Below are positions 42,976 to 52,216 of a DNA stretch of 64,000 bases, in pieces. Within the stretch, counting starts at the first letter, position 1. Each line of letters starts with the position of its first letter. The stretch spans positions 119,425-183,424 of the forward strand of contig JAFIGY010000020.1 in assembly GCA_017849435.1 (NCBI GenBank), read 5' to 3'. The notes beneath the pieces were generated by a model that was not told the origin of the DNA, did no database searches, and worked only from the letters and a program-made list of their open reading frames with translations. Made by a program: the position numbers and the translations under genes. Source of the DNA: Chitinophaga niabensis. GTDB taxonomy: Bacteria; Bacteroidota; Bacteroidia; Chitinophagales; Chitinophagaceae.

Positions 42976-43722
42976 TTATCGGTTGCCCGTAAGGTATTCG
43001 ATCACAAAATCCTTTCGGCGGGTAGACACGGGAATTTCCGCTCCGTTCCGCAACACGAGATAACCATCCTTATGGTACCGGTCAATAAAATGATGATTGA
43101 CGAGATAAGACTGATGCGGGCGCATGAACCAGGCCGGAGGTAACAATTCTTCATACTCCTTGATGGATTTGGATACCACGATCTTCCTCCCGTCTGTCAA
43201 AAAGAACGTGGTGTAACCGGCATCGCTCTGGCAATAAACGATCTCCTCAAACGCTACCACCTGCAGGTATTGCTGGGAACGCAACACGATCCTGTTCTGA
43301 AGCCCTCCCTGCCTGAACTGCTGCTGCACCAGCGCCAGCTGCTCCTGTTCCGGGGGAGCCGTCCTTAATACTTTTTCCAGCGCAAGCTGAAGCTCGCTTT
43401 CGTCCAGCGGTTTCAACAGATAATCCAGCGCACCGTACTTGATCGCTTTAATGGCAAAATCCTGGTGGGCCGTTATGAAGATCACTTTGTAGGGTAATGG
43501 CGCCACATCCTGCAAAACATCGAATCCCGTACCATCGCCGAGGGAAATATCCAGCAATACCAGATCAGGCTGCGTGGCGGGCAATAAAACACGGGCTTCC
43601 TGCACACTGCCGCAGGCGCCTACTACAATAAAATCAGGGTGTTGCTGCATCAGCACCTGGATGTCCTTGCGAATAGCCGGCTCATCGTCGATAATCACGA
43701 CCCTTATCAAGGCAGGTTTCAT
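42976..43722 (-). CDS. LytR/AlgR (LytTR) family response regulator
   Basis: The preferred start is MKPALIRVVIIDDEP at 43722. It has a receiver domain (LVLLDISLGDGTG) plus a C-terminal LytTR domain (FMRPHQSYLVNHHFI). Confidence 0.88.
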   Translation of the reverse strand: MKPALIRVVIIDDEPAIRKDIQVLMQQHPDFIVVGACGSVQEARVLLPATQPDLVLLDISLGDGTGFDVLQDVAPLPYKVIFITAHQDFAIKAIKYGALDYLLKPLDESELQLALEKVLRTAPPEQEQLALVQQQFRQGGLQNRIVLRSQQYLQVVAFEEIVYCQSDAGYTTFFLTDGRKIVVSKSIKEYEELLPPAWFMRPHQSYLVNHHFIDRYHKDGYLVLRNGAEIPVSTRRKDFVIEYLTGNR

Positions 43723-43849
43723 AGTTTGATCCGTTTCAACTGTTAATACTTGTTTTTCTCTTATGGTTAAAATACCACCGGGCAGGAACCCGATCGGCAC
43801 CGCTAAAGTAGCCAATTTCGTATATTGCACCTATACCAAAAGGAACACC

Positions 43850-44614
43850 ATGTCAATTACTTCACAAGCAGAGTTGCAGGGCATGCAAAACGCCAGCGAG
43901 GCCGTAGCCCTCACCCTCCGGCAGATGCGGGAATATGCGAAGCCCGGAATGTCCACAGCGGAGCTGGATGAATTCGGCCGCTCCGTACTGGCGGGTTTTG
44001 GTGCAAGGTCTGCGCCAAAGCTGACCTATGGGTTCCCTGGCTGGACCTGCATCAGTGTGAATCATGAGATAGCGCATGGCATACCCGCCGCCAAAACTAT
44101 CCTCCGGGAAGGCGACCTGGTGAATGTGGATGTATCTGCTGAGCTGGAGGGATTCTGGGCGGATAACGGCGGCTCATTCGTACTGGGAGAAGACCTGCAC
44201 AAACATCAGCAACTGGTGGATGCTTCCAAAAAGATCCTTCAGCTCGCGATCGCCAATATCCGGAATGGGGTAAAAGTAGCGGAGATCGGCGGCCTGATAG
44301 AAGCCGAAGCAAGGAAAAGAGGGTATAAAGTGATCAAAAACCTTACCGGGCATGGCATTGGCCGCGGTCTTCATGAAGAGCCGCATTCCATTGCCAATTA
44401 CTACGATAAATATAATAAGTCCCGCTTCCGCGCGAACGATGTGGTGGCTATCGAAACCTTCATATCCACCAAAGCGACCTGGGCGTATGACGCCGGCGAC
44501 GGATGGACGCTCATTGCAAAGGACGGGAGTTACGTGGCGCAGCATGAACACACGATCATGGTCACAGAAGAAGCTCCTGTAATACTGACAGCGGTGAATG
44601 GAATATGGAATTAG
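43850..44614 (+). CDS. map: Type I methionyl aminopeptidase
   Basis: The preferred start is MSITSQAELQGM at 43850. Metal-ligand segments are NHEIAHGIP, DLVNVDVSA, TGHGIGRGLHEEP and EHTIMVT. Confidence 0.88.
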   Translation: MSITSQAELQGMQNASEAVALTLRQMREYAKPGMSTAELDEFGRSVLAGFGARSAPKLTYGFPGWTCISVNHEIAHGIPAAKTILREGDLVNVDVSAELEGFWADNGGSFVLGEDLHKHQQLVDASKKILQLAIANIRNGVKVAEIGGLIEAEARKRGYKVIKNLTGHGIGRGLHEEPHSIANYYDKYNKSRFRANDVVAIETFISTKATWAYDAGDGWTLIAKDGSYVAQHEHTIMVTEEAPVILTAVNGIWN

Positions 44615-44643
44615 CCGGTTTATCCCGATAAATAAATCCCGTT

Positions 44644-45822
44644 ATGAATCTACCGCAACGTATCGCCGCGATTGATATCACCCGTGCGCTCACCATGCTT
44701 TTGATGATCTTTGTGAATGACCTGTGGACCCTGCACGATATCCCTCAATGGCTGGAGCATACCGAAGCGAATGAAGACGGTATGGGCCTTGCCGACACCG
44801 TATTCCCCGCTTTCCTTTTCATTGTAGGCATGAGTATTCCCTATGCCATCGGCAACCGTATCAAAAAAGGAGATACTACCTGGCCATTGATCCGGCATGT
44901 ACTGGAGCGCTCGATCGCATTGCTGGTGATGGGACTTTTCTTTGTGAACGGAGAATACCTCAACCCCGCGGCTACCGGAATTTCCCGGAGTGCATGGAAT
45001 ATCTTCTGCTGCATCTCCTTCATCTTCATCTGGAATCAATATTCCCCTGCTTTCCCCAGAACCGCCAGGTACCTCATCAAAGGCACCGGCATTGCCGCAT
45101 TGGTTTTGATGGCTATTTTCTGCCGGAGCGGTAAAGCCGATCACCTGCACTATTTCTCCACTTACTGGTGGGGTATCCTCGGATTAATCGGATGGGCTTA
45201 CCTGGCGAGTGCACTGGTCTACGTGCTCGGAAAAGGCCGGCTGACCGTATGTATCATTGCCTGGATCGTTTTCAATGGCTGCAGTATGGGAGCCCATGCC
45301 GGCCTCATCCCTGATGGCAATATTATACGCGTACTCCTCGATCCTATGGAAGACGGCGCCATGCCCGGATTGGTGTTGGGTGGCGTGATCACGTCCCGGA
45401 TATTCCGTCACTATACAGCAGCCGGCAAACCGGCATCTGTATTTGTGGTACTGGGGTCTTTAGCTGTCATGTTGCTGGCTGCCGGTTTCCTCACCCGCCC
45501 GATATGGGAGATATCCAAGATCAGAGCGACACCCAGCTGGGTATTGATCTGCAGCGCCATTACCATCGGCCTGTTCCTGTTCACTTACTGGCTGGCGGAT
45601 CTCCGGCAAAAAGCAGGATGGTTCAAACTGATTGGACCAGCGGGATCGGATACCCTGCTTTGTTACCTCCTGCCCTACTTCGCGTACGGCCTGTTGGGAA
45701 GCCTGATCACGCGTATCTCACCGGGCGGAGACATCGGTCTGGTGAAATCGTTGCTATTCTCCATATTGATGATACAAGCAGCAGGATGGGTTAGTAAAGC
45801 GGGAATCCGTTTGAAACTGTAA
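44644..45822 (+). CDS. DUF5009/DUF1624-type polytopic membrane protein (heparan-alpha-glucosaminide N-acetyltransferase-like acyltransferase)
   Basis: 392 aa with about 10 TM helices. The N-terminal RIAAIDITRALTMLLMIFVNDLW is typical of this family. Confidence 0.6.
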   Translation: MNLPQRIAAIDITRALTMLLMIFVNDLWTLHDIPQWLEHTEANEDGMGLADTVFPAFLFIVGMSIPYAIGNRIKKGDTTWPLIRHVLERSIALLVMGLFFVNGEYLNPAATGISRSAWNIFCCISFIFIWNQYSPAFPRTARYLIKGTGIAALVLMAIFCRSGKADHLHYFSTYWWGILGLIGWAYLASALVYVLGKGRLTVCIIAWIVFNGCSMGAHAGLIPDGNIIRVLLDPMEDGAMPGLVLGGVITSRIFRHYTAAGKPASVFVVLGSLAVMLLAAGFLTRPIWEISKIRATPSWVLICSAITIGLFLFTYWLADLRQKAGWFKLIGPAGSDTLLCYLLPYFAYGLLGSLITRISPGGDIGLVKSLLFSILMIQAAGWVSKAGIRLKL

Positions 45823-45853
45823 CTTAGTGTCCTGAAAACCCGGGATACTTATC

Positions 45854-46723
45854 ATGTTACAAATAACGAACGAATACCTGCAGGTTACTGTCAGTGCTAA
45901 CGGAGCAGAACTGCAAAGCATTATCCGGAAAGACAACCAGCTGGAATACCTGTGGAGCGGGGATCCTGCGTTCTGGGGCAGGAAGAGTCCCGTACTTTTC
46001 CCTATTGTAGGCGGACTGAAACACAATGCCTATCAATACCGGGGAAAAACCTACCAGATGGGCCGCCACGGCTTTGCGCGGGATATGGTGTTCAATGTGA
46101 TCCAGCAAACGGCTGCCAGCATTGTGTTCAATATCACAGATACGGATGAAACGTTGTTGAAATACCCTTTCCCATTCAGTCTTAATATCCGCTACACGGT
46201 GAAAGACGCCACGCTGGTGGTGGATTATGAAGTGCAGAATACAGGAGACGCGCAAATGTACTTTTCCATCGGCGCCCATCCTGCATTCAGGATTCCCCTG
46301 ACCGAAGGACTGCAATATGAGGATTATGCCCTGTATTTCAGCGAGCCGGAAACGGCCGACCTGTGGGTGCTTTCCGCATCCGGGCAATTATCAGATACCC
46401 CTGTCCCTTTCCTGCAGAATACCTCCCGCCTCCCACTGGAAAAACCGATGTTCTATAACGATGCGCTCGTCTTCAAACAACTGGCATCCACTTCCGTTTC
46501 TATTCAGAGTGGAGGAAATCCGCATGGCGTTGCCGTTGATTTTGCGGGTTTTCCATACCTCGGCATCTGGGCAGCCAGGGATGCTGATTTCGTGTGCATA
46601 GAGCCGTGGTGCGGGTTAGCAGATCATGAGAGCGCCAGCGGGAAACTGGAAGAGAAAGAGGGAATTATAGCGCTGGGACCGGAGGAAGTTTTTCATAAGC
46701 AGTGGTCTGCGATATTTTTTTAA
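45854..46723 (+). CDS. Aldose 1-epimerase family protein (LacX/YihR-like), cytoplasmic
   Basis: 289 aa with the segments GRHGFAR, IGAHPAF and CIEPWCG. Confidence 0.8.
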   Translation: MLQITNEYLQVTVSANGAELQSIIRKDNQLEYLWSGDPAFWGRKSPVLFPIVGGLKHNAYQYRGKTYQMGRHGFARDMVFNVIQQTAASIVFNITDTDETLLKYPFPFSLNIRYTVKDATLVVDYEVQNTGDAQMYFSIGAHPAFRIPLTEGLQYEDYALYFSEPETADLWVLSASGQLSDTPVPFLQNTSRLPLEKPMFYNDALVFKQLASTSVSIQSGGNPHGVAVDFAGFPYLGIWAARDADFVCIEPWCGLADHESASGKLEEKEGIIALGPEEVFHKQWSAIFF

Positions 46724-46749
46724 CTTTGAGAAAATAAATCCCTTTATCT

Positions 46750-47634
46750 ATGAAAAAGGCGTTAACCGTCATTGCCTGCATTGCTTTCGCAGGCACTTTA
46801 AAAGCCCAGCAACCAACAGAAGTAATTTATACGGATCAACGGATCGTGCAATCCAGCACTGCCGACCCGGCGTCAAATTTCACCTATTCACGCCTTGCCT
46901 GGAAGTACAACAATGCGGAGCAGGGGTATGTTGGATTTGGGAGTAACAATGGTACGCTTTTCCTGCATAACGGTATCGGAAACCTCGCCCTTGGCACCTA
47001 TGGATCCGCCAAAGGCATCTCATTTTATACATTGACCGGCGAAAAAATGTGGCTTTCTCCGGACGGCATGTTCGGCATCGGAACAAACGTTCCCGAAACG
47101 AAACTGGATGTGGCAGGCAGGATGAGAGGAATCGGGCAATTATTTCTGCGCAGCAATCAGACCTCTTCCACTGAATTAGTCCTTGAAAAACCTAACGGAG
47201 CTTACTACAGTATAGGATGCGATGCCCTGAGCATGAACTTCTATAATCATTCCACCGGAAATGTTTTTCTGAAAGCTGACGCTAATAACAACATCGGCAT
47301 CGGCACCAGCGATACCTATGGTAACAAGCTTGCCGTAAACGGCAGCATCCTTGCCGAAAAAGTAAAAGTGAAACTGCGGGCTAACTGGCCGGATTATGTA
47401 TTTGAGCCTGCTTATCAACTGCCCAACCTGCAAGCGCTTGAGGCGTATGTGCGCACGCACAAACATTTGCCGGACGTTCCCTCGGCCCGGGAAGTCGCTG
47501 AAAAAGGTCTGGACCTCGGCGACACACAGGCCACTCTCCTGAAAAAAATCGAAGAGCTGACATTGCTGCTGATTGAACAGAATAAAAAACTGGAAGATCA
47601 GGAAAAGCGGTTAAAAGCGCTGGAAAAGCAATAG
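46750..47634 (+). CDS. Secreted hypothetical protein with tail-fibre-like GIGT repeats and C-terminal coiled coil
   Basis: Signal peptide MKKALTVIACIAFAGTLKAQ. Repeats GMFGIGTNVPETKLDVAG and NNIGIGTSDTYGNKLAVNG are followed by the tail WPDYVFEPAYQLPNLQALEAYVRTHKHLPDVPSA...KKIEELTLLLIEQNKKLE. Confidence 0.6.
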   Translation: MKKALTVIACIAFAGTLKAQQPTEVIYTDQRIVQSSTADPASNFTYSRLAWKYNNAEQGYVGFGSNNGTLFLHNGIGNLALGTYGSAKGISFYTLTGEKMWLSPDGMFGIGTNVPETKLDVAGRMRGIGQLFLRSNQTSSTELVLEKPNGAYYSIGCDALSMNFYNHSTGNVFLKADANNNIGIGTSDTYGNKLAVNGSILAEKVKVKLRANWPDYVFEPAYQLPNLQALEAYVRTHKHLPDVPSAREVAEKGLDLGDTQATLLKKIEELTLLLIEQNKKLEDQEKRLKALEKQ

Positions 47635-47644
47635 GGGCGTTTGC

Positions 47645-48349
47645 TTAACATTTGATCGTTTTCTTTTTCTTTCCACCGGTGCGGGTGCGTGCGGCTTTGA
47701 TATATTCTTCGGCAGCGGGTACCTTACAGGCAGTGCCATTCATATCCACCGTCACTTCCCCGACCTTGCGCGCCACCTCCACAGCCTGCGCCTGGAGCGA
47801 TTCCACGTAAGTGCCCACGGAAATGACAAACGCATTCATCGTATAGCGTACCCTGTTAGGAGACTTGTGAATGCCGGTCTCCACTCTTTTCAGGAGCTGT
47901 TTAACAGTCGCTATATCCAGATCCTCATCCGCTTTCATGGACACGATACCGCCCAGCGTGCTCCATCCGCTGCTGGCAATGCGTTCATCCGGCGAATCGA
48001 TCCATTGCAGGCCGAGGGCCCATCCCTGCGGATTTTCCGCCGTCACCCAGGGAACACTGTATTCACTGATGGTTTGCGATCTGGATTTTTTAGCCCATTG
48101 CTGAAGTTGCTGTTCGGTCATGAGGGAGCCGTCGGCGAGGAGGCCTGCGAGATACATGGCATCAAACACACCACTATCATATAACGCCAGCGCCAATGCC
48201 TGATCTTTTTTGATCTTCTTCTGCAGCAGTTTAAGATCAGCTACTTTGGTTCCGTATAAAGGCTCGCTGGCACCGTGTTTCAGCAGTATGTTCTTCGTAG
48301 ATGCGCTTCCGTAACCTTTGATCGCATCCAGCACTTCTTCCAGTGTCAT
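47645..48349 (-). CDS. DNA alkylation repair protein (AlkD-like HEAT-repeat family)
   Basis: 234 aa. The pattern (GVFDAMYLAGLLADG, ASSGWSTLGGIV) and a lysine-rich C-terminus fit PF08713-type proteins. Confidence 0.65.
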   Translation of the reverse strand: MTLEEVLDAIKGYGSASTKNILLKHGASEPLYGTKVADLKLLQKKIKKDQALALALYDSGVFDAMYLAGLLADGSLMTEQQLQQWAKKSRSQTISEYSVPWVTAENPQGWALGLQWIDSPDERIASSGWSTLGGIVSMKADEDLDIATVKQLLKRVETGIHKSPNRVRYTMNAFVISVGTYVESLQAQAVEVARKVGEVTVDMNGTACKVPAAEEYIKAARTRTGGKKKKTIKC

Positions 48350-48378
48350 ATGGCAGAGATTTACTTTTAAATGAAGGA

Positions 48379-49266
48379 TTATTCTTCAATCAGAATGCCC
48401 ATCTTCCCCATCTGAAAATCGCGCATCGCTTCCAGCACTTCTGTTTCGGTGTTCATCACATAAGGTCCCTGTGCTGCGATCTTTTCGCCGATCGGTGCAC
48501 CGGAAGCGATGAACACACGGGTATCTTCTTCCGCCGTCAAACCAATTCCCTCCCCGTCTTCATTGAATACCACGGCATGAAACCCGGTGTACACGCTGGC
48601 GCCTTCCACTTTCATCTCTCCATCCAGCAGGTACATGAAAGCATGATGACTGGCCGGGAGCGGAAAATAGAACCGGCCGCCTTTCCGGAACGTTGCTGTA
48701 AAAGCATTAACAGGCGTAATAGTGGGAATAGGACCTTTTACCTGTTCCAGCTGCCCTGCGATCACGTTCACCGTCACCAGACCATCTTCACTGTGCAATT
48801 GCGGAGTATCCGCGGCATGCAGAGGGTAATATGAGGGCTGATCTTTTTTATGACTGGCAGGTGAGTTCACCCATAGCTGCAACAGTTCCTGTTCACCGCC
48901 GCTTTCGTGTATGTCTTCCGGCGGCCTTTCACTGTGGATGATCCCCATACCGGCATGCATCCATTGTGTGCCGCCTGCCCTCACTACACTGTTGTTACCG
49001 CGACTATCCCGATGATGTACCCCGCCCTTGAAAATGAAGGTAACGGGCGAGAACCCGCGATGCGGATGCGGCGCAGCGCCTGCCAGTCGTGGTGGCATAT
49101 AATCCGGTATTGTAATATCGATGTGATGCAGGAGCAGAAAGGGATCTATCCTGTCGGCATGCACGGAAGGAAACGGCTGCCGCACGGGAAAATCTCCGGC
49201 ATCCTTCATATCCGCGTACAAGATGGTTTTTACGCTTCGATACTTATGCATTTTTCTTGTCGGCAT
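48379..49266 (-). CDS. Pirin family protein
   Basis: Cupin metal motif PHPHRGF, then the second cupin half. The start is uncertain because the ORF-track start overlaps the upstream gene by 23 nt. Confidence 0.85.
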   Translation of the reverse strand: MPTRKMHKYRSVKTILYADMKDAGDFPVRQPFPSVHADRIDPFLLLHHIDITIPDYMPPRLAGAAPHPHRGFSPVTFIFKGGVHHRDSRGNNSVVRAGGTQWMHAGMGIIHSERPPEDIHESGGEQELLQLWVNSPASHKKDQPSYYPLHAADTPQLHSEDGLVTVNVIAGQLEQVKGPIPTITPVNAFTATFRKGGRFYFPLPASHHAFMYLLDGEMKVEGASVYTGFHAVVFNEDGEGIGLTAEEDTRVFIASGAPIGEKIAAQGPYVMNTETEVLEAMRDFQMGKMGILIEE

Positions 49267-49474
49267 TCATGTAGTAACTCAATGCGCCGGAGGGGCATTT
49301 CTTCACCTGTTCCACCAATGCAGAAGTAGTGGCGGCATCGATCTTAATCCATGGCTTTTCGGCCGGCTTGAACACGTCCGGCAGTCCCCGCACGCAAATG
49401 CCGGAATGGCGGCACAGATAAGGTTTCCAGACGATGGTTACTTCACCGTTGCTATATTCGACCTTTGCTTCCAT
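49244..49474 (-). CDS. Small divergent 4Fe-4S mono-cluster (Fer4_19-like) protein
   Basis: 76 aa with the pattern WKPYLCRHSGICVRGLP...KKCPSGAL. Confidence 0.6.
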   Translation of the reverse strand: MEAKVEYSNGEVTIVWKPYLCRHSGICVRGLPDVFKPAEKPWIKIDAATTSALVEQVKKCPSGALSYYMNADKKNA

Positions 49475-49476
49475 AA

Positions 49477-49848
49477 TCAGATTTTTAAGAGACTTCTTTT
49501 AAAGGATTTGAATGACTCCCGCAGTTCCACGAACAGCCGGTCGAAAGTCTCCATATCGTCTTTCAGTTTGTTGTGCAGCATTTGCAGTTCTGCTTCGTTG
49601 CCATTGCCTTCGGCCATCAGTTTATCCGACTTGATGATCAGCTGCAGTTCATCGTTCACCACTTCTTTCTGGCGGATGAGCGCGTTCTGGAAATGTTCCA
49701 CTTGTACCTGTTGTTCCCGGTCAAGGGGTTGTGCGGCGAGTTGAGTAAGTTCTGTGTTGAGGGATTTAATCTCTTTTTCGCTCAGTAATAAATCCTTTTT
49801 CCATTCCTGATGCAGGTGATGGAGCTCGTCAAAATTTTTCAAGGGCAT
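49477..49848 (-). CDS. Hypothetical coiled-coil protein
   Basis: 123 aa with heptad-rich E/K/L/Q composition. It is tightly packed between neighbours (gaps of 2 and 15 nt). Confidence 0.5.
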   Translation of the reverse strand: MPLKNFDELHHLHQEWKKDLLLSEKEIKSLNTELTQLAAQPLDREQQVQVEHFQNALIRQKEVVNDELQLIIKSDKLMAEGNGNEAELQMLHNKLKDDMETFDRLFVELRESFKSFKRSLLKI

Positions 49849-49863
49849 ATATCTCAGGATTTT

Positions 49864-50163
49864 TTAAACATTGATACCGTGTGCCAATAACCGTTTCCAT
49901 TCCGGATGTTTCCGGAGGTATGTGGTCACATACGGACATAAAGGCACCATTTTCAATTTTCTTTCTTCCACCATTTCCAGCACCTTTTCCACCAGGGCTG
50001 CCGCAATTCCCTGTCCCTCCAGCGCTGGCGGAATCTCCGTATGGGTCAGGAAGATCTTGTTTCCCCCCATCATATATTCCACTTTCGCTAACTGCCCGTT
50101 GATGCGCGTTTCAAATTGCCGGGCATTCACATTGTCTGTAACCACCAACTGCTTCGTATCCAT
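49864..50163 (-). CDS. GNAT family N-acetyltransferase, short YjdJ-like type
   Basis: 99 aa. The segment HTEIPPALEGQGIAAALVEKVL...VPLCPYV is typical of the single-domain GNAT (Acetyltransf_CG) family. Confidence 0.7.
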   Translation of the reverse strand: MDTKQLVVTDNVNARQFETRINGQLAKVEYMMGGNKIFLTHTEIPPALEGQGIAAALVEKVLEMVEERKLKMVPLCPYVTTYLRKHPEWKRLLAHGINV

Positions 50164-50292
50164 ATTATTCCGGTTTAATATCCGGCCGGTTTTTTATAAC
50201 ATAAATTTACGGAATTGGTTGCAGCTGTAAATTATTATCATTTCAATGTATGTTATGTTTTCCTCATTTCATAGCATTTATACAACAATCCT

Positions 50293-50300
50293 TACTTTTG
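50293..50300 (+). promoter_or_regulatory. Bacteroidota -7 promoter box abutting the bioA start codon
   Basis: Exact TACTTTTG, ending 4 nt before the ATG at 50305. This implies a leaderless or near-leaderless mRNA. Confidence 0.4.
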
Positions 50301-50304
50301 GTCC

Positions 50305-51591
50305 ATGCAAAAGAATTTGAGTGAACGGGACTTAGCAGTGATCTGGCATCCCTATACACAGATGCAGACCGCTCCGGCACCTGTGGGCATTGTACGGGGA
50401 GAAGGCGCCCTTCTTTTTGACGAGGACGGGAACAGTTACCTCGATGCCACTTCCAGCTGGTGGGTAAATATACACGGGCATGCGCATCCCTATATCAGCG
50501 AGCGGATGGCGGCGCAGGCAGCGCAATTACATCATTGCATCTTTGCCGGTTATACGCATGAACCGGCCGTGTTGCTGGCGGAAAAGCTCCTGCCCGTATT
50601 GCCCGGCAGGCAGGAAAAAGTGTTCTATTCTGATAATGGTTCCACCGCCATTGAGGTGGCATTGAAAATGACCATTCAATACTGGCAGAACAAGGGAACT
50701 CCTAAAACAAAGCTCCTGGCCTTCCGCCACGCCTACCACGGTGATACCTTTGGCGCCATGAGCGTGAGCGGCAGAAGCGTGTTCACGAAAGCCTTCGATC
50801 ATTATCTTTTCAATGTGCATTTTATTGATGTGCCTTCTCCGGAAAATATCGATGGGCTGATCAGCGAGATAGACACGATCGCGGAAGATACCGCCGCTTT
50901 CATTTTTGAGCCGCTGGTATTGGGTTCCGGCGGGATGATCATGTACGATGCGGCTGCATTTGAGATGCTGCTGGCACATTGTCGCAGTCGTAACATCCTG
51001 CTGATTGCGGATGAGGTGATGACGGGCTTTGGCAGAACCGGCACCAACTTCGCAATGGAGCAGGTACAAACGCCGCCGGACATCATCGCGCTTTCCAAGG
51101 GCCTCACCGGCGGAACGATCGCCATGGGCGTGACCACCTGCACGAACAATATCTACAATGCATTCTTATCGACTGACAAGCTGAAAACCCTCTTCCACGG
51201 GCACTCTTACACTGCCAATCCGCTCACCTGCGCCATTGCGCTGGCCAGCCTCGAACTTTTTCTGCATCCCTCCTGCCGTGAGAACCGCGAGCGGATACAG
51301 TCCCGCCACAGACATTTTGCAGTGGAGCTTGCCTATCAACCGGATGTGAAGAACGTACGCACGCTGGGAACGATCCTTGCCTTTGAGATCACTACAGGGG
51401 AAGCAGACAGTTATACCAATACACTCGGAGATTTCCTCCACCGGTTCTTCCGTGAAAAACGCGTGATGTTGCGACCGTTGGGGAACACGCTGTATATCCT
51501 GCCGCCTTACTGTATCACGGACGAACAGCTGGATGTGGTGTATGAGAGTATCATGGAGATGCTGGAGGTGTATCAACAGCAGTGGGTGTAA
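50305..51591 (+). CDS. bioA: Adenosylmethionine-8-amino-7-oxononanoate aminotransferase
   Basis: 428 aa with the segments IWHPYTQM, SWWVNIHGH, DEVMTGFGRTG and the PLP-lysine segment LSKGLTGG. Confidence 0.9.
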   Translation: MQKNLSERDLAVIWHPYTQMQTAPAPVGIVRGEGALLFDEDGNSYLDATSSWWVNIHGHAHPYISERMAAQAAQLHHCIFAGYTHEPAVLLAEKLLPVLPGRQEKVFYSDNGSTAIEVALKMTIQYWQNKGTPKTKLLAFRHAYHGDTFGAMSVSGRSVFTKAFDHYLFNVHFIDVPSPENIDGLISEIDTIAEDTAAFIFEPLVLGSGGMIMYDAAAFEMLLAHCRSRNILLIADEVMTGFGRTGTNFAMEQVQTPPDIIALSKGLTGGTIAMGVTTCTNNIYNAFLSTDKLKTLFHGHSYTANPLTCAIALASLELFLHPSCRENRERIQSRHRHFAVELAYQPDVKNVRTLGTILAFEITTGEADSYTNTLGDFLHRFFREKRVMLRPLGNTLYILPPYCITDEQLDVVYESIMEMLEVYQQQWV

Positions 51592-51596
51592 TGCAC

Positions 51597-51630
51597 GAAG
51601 CGGTTGCCCCTCATCCGGAACAACCGCTTC
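51597..51630. terminator. Hairpin between convergent genes (no clear U-tract)
   Basis: A 10-bp perfect stem, GAAGCGGTTG (51597-51606) with CAACCGCTTC (51621-51630). Confidence 0.45.
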
Positions 51631-51651
51631 GCAACAACAAAATATCTTCCA

Positions 51652-52146
51652 TCAAAACGTTAACGGCACGCTCAGTTTTGTATCGTCCCACTCAAACTGC
51701 CATTGCCCTTTCGGGAAGGAGTATGTCAGCTTTTCAACCGTCTGTGCGGTTTTCTGACGGGGTACTTTTACATGCAGCACATCTTTATCCTTGTTCTTCT
51801 CATATTCAAATGCGCCGCTCTGAGCGGGTACACTGTTCAGGATTACGGTGAACTCCTTTTCCCCCGGAATAATAAACAAGGCATAAGTGCCCGCCTTCAC
51901 TGCCTTTCCACCGAACCTGGCGTCTTTCGTAAAAGTGATATCAGTGGATTTGTTCGCTCCCGCACGCCATACCTTACCATAGGCTTCGAGGTCCGGGAAA
52001 ATAACGCGTCCTCTTTTGGAGGGTTGGCCGTAGGCGATAGATACATTCTCCCCGTTTGTGGTCACACGCGGACTCTTGGGAGGATCCTGAGCGAATACAG
52101 CACTGGCTGTCAGCAGGAAAGCCAGGCCGAATAACATGCTTTTCAT
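51652..52146 (-). CDS. DUF2911 domain protein, secreted
   Basis: Signal peptide present. The segments VSIAYGQPSKRGR, VWRAGANKSTDITF and AGTYALFIIPGEKEFTVILN are typical of DUF2911. Confidence 0.7.
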   Translation of the reverse strand: MKSMLFGLAFLLTASAVFAQDPPKSPRVTTNGENVSIAYGQPSKRGRVIFPDLEAYGKVWRAGANKSTDITFTKDARFGGKAVKAGTYALFIIPGEKEFTVILNSVPAQSGAFEYEKNKDKDVLHVKVPRQKTAQTVEKLTYSFPKGQWQFEWDDTKLSVPLTF

Positions 52147-52216
52147 AAAAAATAGGATTTTGATTATGTTGAAATTACAGCCTTACAGTCACAATTACCA
52201 TACCGTTCATAGAAAA

